A program made the position numbers and the translations under genes. This document shows positions 25,864 through 38,930 of a DNA stretch of 64,000 nt, piece by piece; the stretch's first letter is position 1; the number at the start of each line of letters is the position of its first letter. The notes beneath the pieces were generated by a model, which saw only the letters and a list, made by a program, of their open reading frames with translations, did not search any database and was not told where the DNA came from. Source of the stretch: Octopus vulgaris (lineage: Eukaryota); contig OX597824.1 of NCBI GenBank assembly GCA_951406725.2, forward strand, positions 88,598,001-88,662,000. Reading direction: 5' to 3'.

Positions 25864-28800
25864 ATCCAAATATAGGGCACTATATAGATATATATATATA
25901 GTTAATACAAACATGAAAACACAACAACGCGAGGACGTGGAACAAATATAGTATTATTGGACCCTCAGGAAGGAAGGGAAGAAGGAGGGTTTAACGTTTC
26001 GTCAGAAACATAAGAAAAGGAAAGATCCAGAGAAGGGAAGACGGAGGGAAAAAAAAAAATTATATATATATATAGAGCATTCAACTGTAGAGCACCACCA
26101 TGCCAAAAATGAGACATTGGAGCAAGATTTGGTCCCTCAACCTGTTGAATCCTGTGGAACTGTCCCACCCAAAGTAGACATTATAGGATGATGAAATATA
26201 GTTGTCTGTGAGGGTGAATGTGACTGCATATATATATGAGTGCATGAGTATCTACTTGTGTGTACATAAATCCCTGAGTGAGTGTGTAGATGTTGGAAGT
26301 GGGTATGTAAAGATAAATTGCCACCTTTGTCTCCAAATCAAGATAAAAAAAAGATCGATAGTATTAGCTCACCTCTCTCACACATACACAACCGACCCAA
26401 CTTTAATTTATTACTCCTCTCAGATTCCTACTACGTCTCCAGTCACATCCCTAAAACCCCCTTCACTCAAATTTCTATCCCAAATTAAATATTAACCACT
26501 GACCATTGTAATTAGTGTTGTCCTGAAGTTTAACTCTTCCCAATTCAAACTAATTCTTCCATTCTTCTCTCTAACACATCTGATATTTCCAGCAGATAGA
26601 CTGACTATTTGGCAGGTCCCAGCCCCTTATTGGCTTGGCATGTAAATCCCTTTTTTGCTACTGGCTATAGGCATAGGCATGGCTGTCATCATCATCATTT
26701 AACGTCCGTTTTCCATGCTAGCATGGGTTGGATGGTTCAACTGGGGTCTGGTAAGCCATGGATTTGGCAGTGTTTCTACAGCTGGATGCCCTTCCTAACG
26801 CCAACCACTCTGTGAGTGTAGTGGGTGTTTTTTACAGGCCAAAGCAGGGTGGCAAACGGCCACGATCGGTTGGTGCTTTTTCATGTCACTGACACGGACG
26901 CCAGTCAGGCGGCGCTGGCATCTGCCACGTTTGGACGGTGCTTTTTATGTGTCACCAGCACAGGTGTGTGGTTTAGAAATTCACTTCCCAACTGTGTGAT
27001 ATCTTCTTTCTTTAACCTTTTAGCATTTAAACCAACCACATCCAGCCAAAATATTTATACATGAACTTGATTGGTTTGCGTTTTAGCCACTGCTGGGTAG
27101 TGTGTTTACTGGACACCACCACAAATTCCCCATTGTTTTTCAAAAGTTCCCACTAAATCACAAAATAAGGGTGGGGGGAATCTGCCCTAGTTTTCAAATC
27201 CTGGCAGCAACACTGAAGCTGGAAGCCAGATAATAGTCTAATTCTACACTTTATCACTTTCAAGAATATAAACATGTTTAAAAACACACGCAGAGTCCAA
27301 AAGAAACACTACCTTTCACCAGCACACCAGGGTCAGCACTGTTGTTCACGCAGTGCTCTCTCTCCCTAGCATGAAGCTTCCTGTCTCAGACATGTGAGTA
27401 TGTGGACAGCAGCCAAACACTGCATCGCTGGAACTGTGAAGCACACAGTTCTATACATGGATTTTTGTATTTTTTTCATAAACTAGGGGATGGCTACTGA
27501 CATTAAGTTTAAGGATTATATAATGTACATGTATAAAGAAAGAATTAAAGCAAAAAGGACTCATTATATTGAATGCTATCAATAATATCAGGTGGAAATA
27601 GGGGGTGCTGCAGTTCTGCAGTCCCTATATACAATGTTTTCCTTTCTCAATTTTATACTTAAAATAATTTTTCTATCAATGTTCATAGTTTCTATGATGC
27701 TTTTTAGAACATCCAAGCAATGTTTCAAATTTGGAAGAACAAAAGAAAAACAAAACTACTTTATTTTTATGATTAACCTATGATGAATATTTAAAAAAAA
27801 ATTAACCATTAATTTTCTTTTATATGAATTTTTATTTCACTAGAACATGGGAAAAAACAACAAAATTTATATTCAGATCTTATATCTCACAATGGACATT
27901 TCTCTTAATTAGCTCCAAACTGTTTAATTAAAATGACAGAAAAGTGTTATTTTCTTATGTTCAAAATATTGTGACAACTATTCTTTAATATTAGAAATCG
28001 GATGGTGCTAAGTCTGGTGATTTCTATCAGTCTCTTTTGCCAAACCATTAAGCTACAGGGACATAAATAAATTAATACCAGTCGTTAAGCAGTGGAGAGA
28101 AGGACAAATACAAACACATAATACCTTAAAATTAATTTAATAAATTTAGTGCCGGTGGAACATAAAAAGCACCATCCGAACGTGGCCATTGCCAGCGCTG
28201 CCTCGACTGGCTTCCGTGCTGGTGGCATGTAAAAAGCACCAACCGAGCGTGGCTGTTGCCAGCCTCACCTGGCACGTAAAAAGCACCCACTACACTCACG
28301 GAGTGGTTGGCATTAGGAAGGGCATCCAGCTGTAGAAACACTGCCAGATCAGACTGGAGCCTGGTGCAGCCTCCTGGCTTCCCAGACCCCGGTCAAACCG
28401 TCCAACCCGTGCTAGCATGGAAAACAGACGTTAAACGATGATGATGATGATGAATTTAGTAAAATAACTTAGTTATCATTAAGCTAGTGGTAGGAACATA
28501 AATTGTGACTAAGGTTTGGTGGAAGATTTTAATTCAAAACTTATGAAAACAAGACATTTATATTACAGGGCCAGAGGCGGTTTCAGCCGGGTTGGTATCG
28601 AAAGGGTTAAAGCATAAGGCAGCCCCTGTGCCCCTGTTTGTCATGGAACATGGACATTAATTATGATAATGATGATGGTGGTGGTGGTGGTGATAATGAT
28701 GATGAAAGAGAGAGAGAGAAAGAGAATTTTTGGACTACTAATTGCAGGGATACTCACAGCTGATTGAAGTTTTTCAACTCAGCTATATTACACCTTACCA

Positions 28801-28918
28801 TGTGTTTACTGACAATTAAGAGTTGAGCTGAGCTATCAACACCTCTCACTTGGTAGTGTCATACGAGCATGTAGTGGATGTGGTGAAAGAAGACACAGAA
28901 ACTATGCTACTGTTGCTG

Positions 28919-28949
<31 letters not shown>

Positions 28950-30856
28950 ACAAAGTTTAGTAACTAAACAATAGGACACATATTGGGAATAGAAATTAAT
29001 TTTTATTAAAAATACCTTTCGTTTACTTTCATCATGGTTTATATAAAATAGATTTTAAAAAAAATTTAGACAAGATTTTTCTTTACACATTTTCTGCACT
29101 GTTTACAGTGAATAGTGTGCTGTTATTTCAATATAATTATTGTATTTTGATTATATTTTATTAGACATTCTTTCAAATTTACTAAAATATAGGAACAGGT
29201 GCATGGCTCAGTGGTTAGAGCGTCGAGCTTACAATCGTGAGGTTGTGAGCTTGAATCCTGGACCAGGCTGTGTGTTGTGCGCTTGAGCAAGACACTTTAT
29301 TTCACGTTGCTCCAGTTCACTCAGTTGTAGAAATAAGTTGCGACATCACTGATGCCAAGCTGTATCAGTCTTTGCCTTTGCCTTTCCCTTGGATAACACT
29401 GGTGGTATGGAGAGGAGAGGCTGGTATGCATGGGCGACTGCTGGTTTTCCATAAACGACCTTGCCCGGACTTGTGCCTGGGAGGGTAACTTTCTAGGAGC
29501 AATCCCATGTTCCGTGTCATGACCGAAGGGGGTCTCAGAATAGGAACAGGCATGACTATATTGTTTTGAGTTCGTTACCACCATGTAGCACCTTCAGCTA
29601 ATGTCTTCTGCTATAGCTCTGGACAAGCCACTCATCTTGTGAGTGAATTTGGTTGATGGAGACTGTGTGTTTGTATTTGTCCTTCTCTCCACAGCTTAAC
29701 GACTGGTATTAATTTATTTATGTCCCTGTAGCTTAATGGTTTGGCAAAAGAGACTGATAGAAATTACCAGACTTAGCACCATCCGATCATGGTCAATGCC
29801 AGCTTCTCTGGCCCCTGTGCCGGTGGCACATAAAAAAAGCACCCACTACACTCTTGGAGTGGTTGGCGTTAGGAAGGGCATCCAGCTGTAGGAACTTTGC
29901 CAGATCAGATTGGGGCCTGGTGCAGCCTCTTGGCTACCCAGACCCCAGTCGAACTGTGCAACCCATGCCAGCATGGAAAACGGACATCAAAAACGATGAT
30001 GATGATGACCCAGTTTGTTTGACTAAATCCTTTAAGGTGGTGCTCCAGCATGGCCATAGTCTAATGACTAAAACAAGTAAAAGATAAAAGATATAATATT
30101 CACCATATCTCAGTTCAATACTTGCTTGATTCCACTTTTCTGTAGTCGTTATTCTTACACCTATTTCTCAATGCTTGCATGTGTGTGTGTGTGCATGTAC
30201 TGTAACCCATGTTACAATTAACGCAGGATGGAATGTTAGGGAGGGACTATACCCTTGGCAGAAGTTCCTCCAGTTCTTTTTCAGGACAACTTGTCTCCCA
30301 CCACGTTCCCAGCTCTATCCCTTGGTTACATCAACTGCCTGCGTATAACTTCACTACTTCCTGGGCAACAGCATTGACAAGCTAGTTTAATTAAGCTAAC
30401 GGTATCCAACTTGTCTGTCCTTGTTTGTCCCCTCTGTGTTTAGCCCCTTGTGGGTAGTAAAGAAATAGGTATCCAACAAGACTTGAATTCTTGCTGAAAT
30501 GTTTTAAGGGCTTGTCATCCTTAACATGTGAAGACTCGATTTCCTTTGGATTGCACAGAAGAAACCCATCTATCAGGGGCCAAGATTCAATTGACAGAAA
30601 GGTGATATTTAGCGATCTCCCTGTGGGATGCATACTTCAGAATATGGCAAGATGCACAGATTGCCCTGGTCACCCCTCTGCATCCTTAGTATACTCCCAG
30701 TCATCGTTGCCTGTTATGCCACTAGCCTTACCCCACAAGAATCTATATATAGGCACAAGTAAAGACTTGAACTTCTTGGTCCCACAAAGAGATAGCAGAC
30801 TTTCTGTTGTGGGTGTTATGCTATCACGTGCATCTGTGACCATGAAATATTACCAT

Positions 30857-31279
30857 CTCTTATTTACATTATTTACATTCGATGGATATTTGTCCTCATC
30901 TTGTTTGTTGTTAACACAACGTTTTGGCTGATATACCCTCCAGCCTTCTTCAGGTGTCTTGGGGAAATTTCAAACCTGGGTTCTCGTTCCTAAAGTATTT
31001 TTCGATGTTATTATTATTATTGCTATTGTTCAGGTCACTGCTTGGAATCGAACTCGGAATCTTGGGGTTAGTAGCCCACGCTCTTAACCACTACGCCATA
31101 TGCCCGTGGGCATATGGCGTAGTGAACCCAGGTTTGAAATTTCCCCAAGACACCTGAAGAAGGATGGAGGGTATATCAGCTAAAATGTGTTAACAACAAA
31201 CAAGATTAGGACAAATATCCGTCAAATATAAATAATGTAAATAATGTACGTGATTCCTCATCTCTTAAATATAGAACTG
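30857..31279. mobile_element. Head-to-head pair of tRNA-headed elements carrying a hammerhead-like motif
   Basis: Inverted arms ~30861-30983 / 31124-31243; tRNA-like head on the minus strand ~31037-31105; flanking 9-bp direct repeat TATTACCAT (30848, 31280). Confidence 0.7.
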
Positions 31280-31504
31280 TATTACCATTTGTACATATGG
31301 TATTTGCTTAGAGTTTCTATGGTTTCTTAGTCAGCGGTGGTGCCCCAGCATGGCCGCGGCCTTCGGGCTGAAACATTTTTAAGGATTTAAGAAGTGTACC
31401 AGCCGTGTTTTTTTTTAATTTTACAGGCCCAGCTATATTTTAGCTTATTTAGGTACAATCTACTCCTTGCAGTGGAGGAGTATAGTTAACTAAATCAACA
31501 TTAG

Positions 31505-31927
31505 GGTACTACCTAAGAAGAGTGATCCCGGTGCGCGCACTCGCGCTAGCTAGTCGTGACTAGTCGATCCTTATTTTGTATTTTTGTTTTATTTACTTTG
31601 TTTAAAAATTTTGGCGTAACTTCGGTATAGGTACCGGATACAATTCAAGAAAGTTTTTTTTTATATATATGGCGGGGTTAGGGTTTGTGTTAGGGGTGGG
31701 AGAAAAGGGTTTCTGTTATCTTCAGAAATGTAAACAAAGCCACTTCCGGTACTTACGGTACCTATACCGAAGGATCGCCAATTTTTTTTTTTACTTTGTG
31801 TAAAAAAATTTATTTATTTTGTGTTTTATTTACTTTGCTCGTTCGTCGTTGTAGGATCGACTAGTCACGACTAGCTAGCGCGGGTACGCGAGTGCGCGCA
31901 CCGGGACCACTCTTCTTAAATAGTACC
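31505..31927. mobile_element. CpG-rich GGTAC-terminated MITE with a nested second MITE (31613-31779)
   Basis: Long TIRs GGTACTACCTAAGAAGAGTG..CCCGGTGCGCGCACTCGCG; 9-bp TSD CAACATTAG/CAACCTTAG. The inner element is an inverted copy of the 20884-21070 family. Confidence 0.85.
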
Positions 31928-32119
31928 CAACCTTAGTTTAGATGTGCTTCTTGTCAATCCTAGAAGGTCAAAAACTAATATCAAATACAATCAAGCTTTG
32001 AACTCAACGCAATTCATCTGACGTTTGGCTCCTCCCAATTTTTGACTCATTTTCAGAAGCGGACCTTATATTATCAACATGATACATCGAATACATTGCA
32101 GGTGGATCGTAGCTACATT

Positions 32120-32683
32120 TCGGTATTTCGTCTGCCGCTACGTTCTGAGTTCAAATTCCGCCGAGGTCGACTTTGCCTTTCATCCTTTCGGGGGTCGATT
32201 AAATAAGTACCAGTTACGCACTGGGGTCGATGTAATCGACTTAATCCGTTTGTCTATCCTTGTTTGTCCTCTCTGTGTTTAGCCCCTTTTGGGTGGGTAG
32301 TAAAGAAATAGGTATTTCGTCCGCCGCTGCGTTCTGAGTTCAAATTCCGCCGAGGTCAACTTTGCCTTTCATCCTTTCGGGGTCGATTAAATAAGTACCA
32401 GTTACGCACTGGGGTCGATATAATCGACTTAATCCCTTTGTCTGTCCTTGTTTGTCCTCTCAGTGTTTAGCCCCTTTTGGGTGGGTAGTAAAGAAATAGG
32501 TATTTCGTCTGCCGCTACGTTCTGAGTTCAAATTCCGCCGAGGTCGACTTTGCCTTTCATCCTTTCGGGGTCGATTAAATAAGTACCAGTTACGCACCGG
32601 GGTCGATATAATCGACTTAATCCCTTTGTCTGTCCTTGTTTGTCCTCTCAGTGTTTAGTCCCCTGTGGGCAATAAAGAAATAA
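32120..32683 (+). mobile_element. SINE family A trimer
   Basis: Three near-identical units, ending gggcaataaagaaat. Confidence 0.88.
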
Positions 32684-33087
32684 TATCGTAGCTATATTAT
32701 TCCTCTAAAAGATTTTAATAACCATGTAAAGAAAAGTTAGATTATTCAGCATAGCTCATGTAATCCAGCTTTAGTGTGGATTATTTTCTGTTTTGTTTCT
32801 TTATGTAGATCTTTTGCTGAATTTATGAATCATCATCATCTTCTTAATGTCCCTTTTTCCACGAGTCAGATGGGATTTGTTGAGTTAGATTTTCTACAGC
32901 CAGGTGCCCTTCCTGTCGCCAATCCTCGCCTGTTTCCAAACAAAGTCATATAATCCCATGACCAGACATTGTTTTCCATGGAAGGCTGGAGATGAACGTC
33001 CTCGCTTGTATGAGAGCAATGTCTGTTCACAGCCATCACATAATGTCAAGACAAGGATACACACAAACACACTCGCACGCACACATA

Positions 33088-33599
33088 CCGTAAATCCTCG
33101 AGTATAGTCCGCCCTTGAGTATAATACGCAGGGGATTTTTAGGGAGCTGTACCTCTGAAAAACCTAAACCTTGTGTATAATACGCACCCCTTCTCTAACT
33201 TGAGTCAAGGTGGTCTATATAACGTCCTTGGTTTGTAAAAATGTACACGGTAATGTCCTTTATTATTATTGTATATATACCAAAATGCAAATGTGTAGCT
33301 TTTTTGTGCATTTTGTTTGCAGAAAATAAAGAAATAACAGTAATAACGTTTAATAAATGTTGCTTACTGCAAGTTATGGATGATTCTTTTATGACTTCAT
33401 TGCTTTCAGGCTTAGCTTAAGGTATTTTCGCGCCCGACATCACAAAATGCGTCTGAATAAACATTGCCGGGCAGCAAATAGAGACTCGGACATTGCTTAG
33501 AAAATAATTTTCGTTTTTAACCTTGTATATAGTACGGACTAGGGATTTTGACCGTTAAATTTTGGTGGGGAAATGCGGATTATACTCGAGGATTTACGG
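33088..33599. mobile_element. Tc2/pogo-like MITE
   Basis: TIRs CCGTAAATCCTCGAGTATAGTCCGC / GCGGATTATACTCGAGGATTTACGG; TA on the left flank, TG on the right. Confidence 0.8.
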
Positions 33600-34276
33600 T
33601 GCATGAATTTTTTAAAAAATGTCTGCTTTGGCAGATACAATTATGGCGTACGCCATGATTATTAGTGGTGACATTGATAGAGTACTTGTGAATTTGGAAT
33701 GTGTAATTGAATAGTTTATGATAGGCTGGGACTATTATTTGCTTTTACATTTTATATACCAAGAAGTTTGCAGACTCTACACATAGTAAATTTAACAGGA
33801 GTGTTTTACTCTGGCGCCCCGTATAGTGAGAGATTTGAATGCATCTTCTAAAATGTTTTGCAGCTAGTTATACAACGAACAAAAAGGCAGTTGTTAAAAT
33901 TCGAGTCTGAATAAATATCGAAAGACCTTAATAAAATTCACTTCTATTCAAGAAGTTGAAAGACAGCTTATGCCCACCGGAGTGTTATAGTCTAGTAAAC
34001 ATTTCTCATGAAATTGTGGGTCTATAGATGACTTAGTTTTCATTGTTGTCTCAAGAAAAGAAAGAGGGCAACATACTATTGTTTGCATGAACAACGCCCT
34101 GTTTTGAATTTACATAAAGGAAAACAGACGAGCAAAAAATACTTCAGGCTTTTGAAAGCTATTTAAGCATTGCTTTATTTAAGATGTGCTGATTTCGTTT
34201 ACATTTTTGTTATTCAATATCGTATCCTTTGGCATAAAAGATTCATGGGCATAGTAGCCGCACCCCAGTTTCAGCA

Positions 34277-34335
<59 letters not shown>

Positions 34336-35559
34336 GTTTCTAGAGCTTTAAAACACAATACAGGCCCAACTTCACATATAGGACACGGGATAATTTAAAA
34401 AATTGTATTTGAAGCCTTTTTTTTCTGGGAAAAAGTGCGTTTTATATATATCATCAGATGCAATGATACAAAAGAAGAAGAAAATACAACACTGATTTTA
34501 ATTGAGTCAATGAGGAATCCACTGTTCTGTTACTTGATCTGTTAGAAATAACGATCAACTCTCCCTCAAATTGCTCTCAACTGTCTTAACCCTTTTGATA
34601 CCAACCCAGCTAAAACCACCTCTGGCTCTGTTGTACAAATGTCTTGTTTTCAAAAGTTCTGAATTAAAATATTCCACCAAACTTTAGCCACAGTTTATGT
34701 TCCTAACACTAGCTGAATGATAACCAAGTTATTTTACTAAATTCTTTGTTATATTTAAAATTAATTGAAAGAAACACAGAGATTCTCAACAGAAATACGA
34801 TAACAGAAGAGTAATAAAAAACGATATATTGAATAAGGTTGTTCTGGATACGTTGTATTTCATCATCATCATCATCATCATTGTTTAACGTCCGCTTTCC
34901 ATGCTAACATGGGTTGGACGGTTCGACCGGGGTCTGGGAAGCCAGGAGGCTGCACCAGGCACTGTCTGATCTGGCAGTGTTTCTACAGCTGGATGCCCTT
35001 CCTAACGCCAACCACTCCGTGGGTGTAGTGGGTGCTTTTTACGTGCCACCGGCACAAGTGCCAGGCGAGGCTGGCAACGGCCACGATCGGTTGGTGCTTT
35101 TTACGTGCCACCGAAACAAAAACGATGTGATGCTCATAACTAATACATTTTGATCTCAGGTCTGTTTGATTAGAGCTGGGGGCAAGGGCTAAACAACAAG
35201 AACTGGATTTAATTTTTAAGGCTTTATATCATATTGCAGTAAAACTAGATATAATATACAAATCATGATAAACATTTGATCAAAGCAGTAGATAATATAT
35301 AAATGCGAAAACATGGATGCTTATAATTTTCAGAGAATTCTTGTTCATGTTTACAACTAGGTAGTATTTAGTAGAATAAGAACAAGTATTTTAAAGGCCG
35401 TATAGGTGCAAGTGTGGTTTAATGTAGTTCAGAAGCTTGCTTCCCAACCATGTGGTCTTGGGTTCGGTTCTTGGGCAAGTAACTTCCACTGTAGCCTCGG
35501 GCTAAGAATTGTTGAGATGGTCAACAGAAACTGAAAGAAGCCCATTGTATACATGTGTG

Positions 35560-35607
<48 letters not shown>

Positions 35608-36279
35608 TAGGCACTGAAAAACTACTTTTTTCCATAGGCTGAAACAGCTGTAAGAGTGATTTTAATGATTTCAATAATTTATATTAAGATTTTTATAATT
35701 GTATTCTTATCTTATATGTAATGAATTATAATGTATATATGTATGTTATTAAGGAGAAGGAAAGAGGGAGAAAATAAGAAAGAAAGAAAGAAAAAAGGTA
35801 GGGAGAGTATGGAGGGGAAAAATAGATAGAAAGAAAGAAGAGAGAAAAAAGATAGAGGGGGAAAAAAAAGGAAAAGAAAGAAAAGGGGAGAAAAAGGTAA
35901 TAATGTTGGGATCACAAGTCAATAGATATAAATGTAAATGAATATAATAAATATAAAAAAAAACTAGAGTAACAAGACAATATAAAAACTTAAAGTATAA
36001 AAAGACGTAAAGTATAAAAAAAACGTAAATTATAAAAATGTAAAGAATAAAAATATAAAGAAAAATAAGGAAATATAAAAAGATATAAAGTAAATCGTAA
36101 AAACAAAAGAATTAAGATAAAGAGATAAGATGTTAAAAGGTTTGAGGTTAAGATTTAGGTTTTGATGTGGTGGTAAGTGTCATAAACTACTTCTTATTTC
36201 CGGGGGGCGGGTGGGGGATGAAATTAGATATTGTTGTAGTGAGTGGTCAGTTTACAGCATATATCTATCTATCTATCTA

Positions 36280-36345
<66 letters not shown>

Positions 36346-36684
36346 AGTTCAGCAAAATTTAGATTCAGATGAATATGGTACTTAAGTTAGATGCACCAGA
36401 ACTTGGAGAACTCTTCAGTCATAAGATAAGCTCTACTACCTCAATGTTCTTAAAATTCAAATCAACATCTTTGTCTGTATATCTACCTTCTCTATAATGT
36501 TATCAATTAATATGAAAATTATGTATTAATGGGAAACCTCTATTAATGGCTGATGATTGCTCAACATTTTAAAACTGTTGTAATATTTACAATACTTAAT
36601 AAAATGATGTAGTGTGAAACGATCGTACGAAATTACCGGAAATATTCTTGTTGCTTATTTTGCTTATATATATATATGTGTGGT

Positions 36685-37057
36685 ACCAGTGCCGGTGGCA
36701 TACAAGAAAACCATCGAACGTGGCCGTAGCCAGTACCGCATCGACTGGCCTCCGTGCTGTGGGCACGTAACAAACACCATCCGATTGTGGCCGTTCGCCA
36801 GCCTCATCTGGCACCTGTGTCGGTGGCACATAAAAACACCATCCAAGCGTGGCCGTCTGCCAGCCTCGTCTGGCACTGTGTCGGTGGCACATAAAATCAC
36901 CCACTACACTCTCGGAGTGGTTGGCGTTAGGAAGGGCATCCAGCTGTAGAAGCACTGCCAGATCTGACTGGCCTGGTGCAGCCTTCGGGCTCCTCAGACC
37001 CCAGTTGAACCGTCCAACCCATGCTAGCATGGAAAGCGGACGTTAAATGATGATGAT
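36685..37057 (+). mobile_element. RTE-related non-autonomous element with 5' subrepeats and (GAT)n tail
   Basis: Variable tandem ..ggtggcac(a/g)taaaa(a/g)caccatcc.. subrepeats, then ggagtggttggcgttaggaagggcatccagctgtagaa...gcatggaaagcggacgttaaa(GAT)n. Other copies at ~14640-15165, 20465-20600, 26687-26960(-), 28150-28452, 29780-30008, 34860-35112(-), 44380-44897, 53800-54056, 58298-58420. Confidence 0.8.
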
Positions 37058-37778
37058 ATATATATATACACACACGCATATGCATATACATACACACATG
37101 ACAGGCTTCACAGTGAGCTTGAACTTGAGACTTTATGGCTGTAAATTGAGCTTCGTAACCACACAGCTGTGCCTGGAAAGTGAGTAAATACCATAATCAG
37201 ATCATAGTGATAAGTGAAAGTTGTAGCACAAGTTGAACAACAGCATGAAAGCAGGCTTGGATCGCTGGTGCTAAATATTGCGGCTTAGTGACAATATTTC
37301 TTAGTTGATAATAACTGTCTCCTTTCGGGGAAAATCGTTAAGTGTTTGATCTTGAAATTAGATTTGTTCCGCCGCTGTAAATAGTTTTCAATAATAGTTA
37401 CAAGTGGAGCAAGAAGGTACCAAAAGAATATTGCAACAATAAAATTGGAGATAATTGCTTTAAGATGGGATTAACTTCGTTTACTCCCACTGTGTTTTGT
37501 TTTGTTTAAAATATAGAGATTATTGTAATCTTAATGATTATAGAATTATGCTATTATTAACTGTTACTAACAATTGCCTAGCATGTCTGCCTGTGAGATG
37601 AGCTGAGTTATTGAAAGCCAAGTGAATGGAGGTCAGTCGAATCATTCGACTGCCGGCTTTTATGTCAGGTGTTGGCTTGATATAAATGTAATGAATAATG
37701 TAGCGTTGTTTTAAGGTATCCCACCAGTAGTATTAATTAATATTATATGAAAGAAAAACAAGGATCTATATTTTTATA

Positions 37779-38190
37779 GGCGTAGGAGTGGCTGTGTGGT
37801 AAGTAGCTTGCTTACGAACCACATGGTTCTGGGTTCAGCCCCACTGCGTGGCACCTTGGGCAAGTGTCTTCTACTTTAACCTCTGGCCGACCAAAGCCTT
37901 GTGAGTGGATTTGGTAGACGGAAACTGAAAGAAGCCCGTCGTATACATGTATATATATATATATATATGTGTGTGTGTATATGTTTGTGTGTCTATGTTT
38001 GTCCCCCCAACATTGCTTGACAATTGATGCTGGTGTGTTTACGTCCCCGTAACTTAGCGGTTCGACAAAAGACACCGATAGAATAAGTACTAGGCTTCCA
38101 AAGAATAAGTCCTGGGGTCGATTTGCTCGACTAGAAAGCAGTGCCCCAGCATGAGCACAGTCAAATGACTGAAACAAGTAAAAGAGTAAT
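37779..38190 (+). mobile_element. tRNA-derived SINE family B (internal (TA)/(TG) microsatellite), full copy
   Basis: A-box TGGCTGTGTGG, B-box GGTTCAGCCCC, CORE-like ccttgggcaagt, central microsatellite, tail ...gactgaaacaagtaaaagag. Other copies: ~841-1216(-), 5490-6020(-), 18590-19000(-), 42418-42820(+), 45590-46030(-), 54525-54935(-), plus many older ones. Confidence 0.88.
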
Positions 38191-38477
38191 TACATCACTG
38201 AAATCTCGAATCTCCAAGGTAATACATAATTAATTTAAAACAATGTGAATAAATAAATAATGTATTGCATTCGACAGAGTAATCTGACTGCTTAAGGGTT
38301 AAGCCATCTATTTTTACTGTTTGTCACCTCTTGCAAGTGGTCCCTGGTGTGTGTCAGCTAAGCTTGATGTGTTGTTATTTTAAGATATGGCAGACAGGTT
38401 TATAATACAGATTTCTCGTCTTGTTATCTCATTATAATCTTGCTGTTAATCTAGATTCCCCGGTCTTACTTGTAAGA

Positions 38478-38852
38478 TCTCTTCTCTCTCTATATAAACG
38501 GCAGTTTGTCTGTGTGTGTTTCTGTGTGTCTGTCAGGTTGTACCCTCACCCTGACCACGGCTTTCAACCGATTCTGATGAAACTTGACACACACATAGCC
38601 CAATGTCATAATTCAAAACTAACGCAGCGAAAATTTTGAAAAGTTCCCCCAGTTCTGAAAAAAATCGATAAATTCGACATGGGGTCGAGAATCAGAAACA
38701 CAAACCACAAACTGTCTAGGGTCGCAACTCCACCTTTTTAACTCTCAAAAAAATTTACCATCATTTTTTTGCTATTTTTGGCTATAACTCTCTAAAATTG
38801 CTTTATAGTTATTTCCCTTACAAACCCGAGCAACGCCGGGCGATACTGCTAG
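38478..38852 (+). mobile_element. Non-autonomous Helitron
   Basis: 5' TC(TC)TATATAAA, 3' GC-rich hairpin CCCGAGCAACGCCGGG then CTAG, inserted between A and T; near-identical copy at 58775-59148. Confidence 0.85.
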
Positions 38853-38930
38853 TTCACTATAAAATATTCATTGTAGAATCATAGCAGGTCTGTGAGTGTT
38901 GTAATTTTCTGCTTTTGCTTATCAGCTCTT

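Noticed and set aside
30280-30720. 146-aa ORF 30491-30931 or a host exon
   Set aside because: No splice-supported coherent frame; at most faint CR1/L2-like remnants on the minus strand, too degraded to call.
31037-31105. Functional tRNA gene (also 29198-29270, 16720-16797)
   Set aside because: A/B boxes are present but the acceptor stems do not pair properly and each continues into a repeat body; these are SINE heads.
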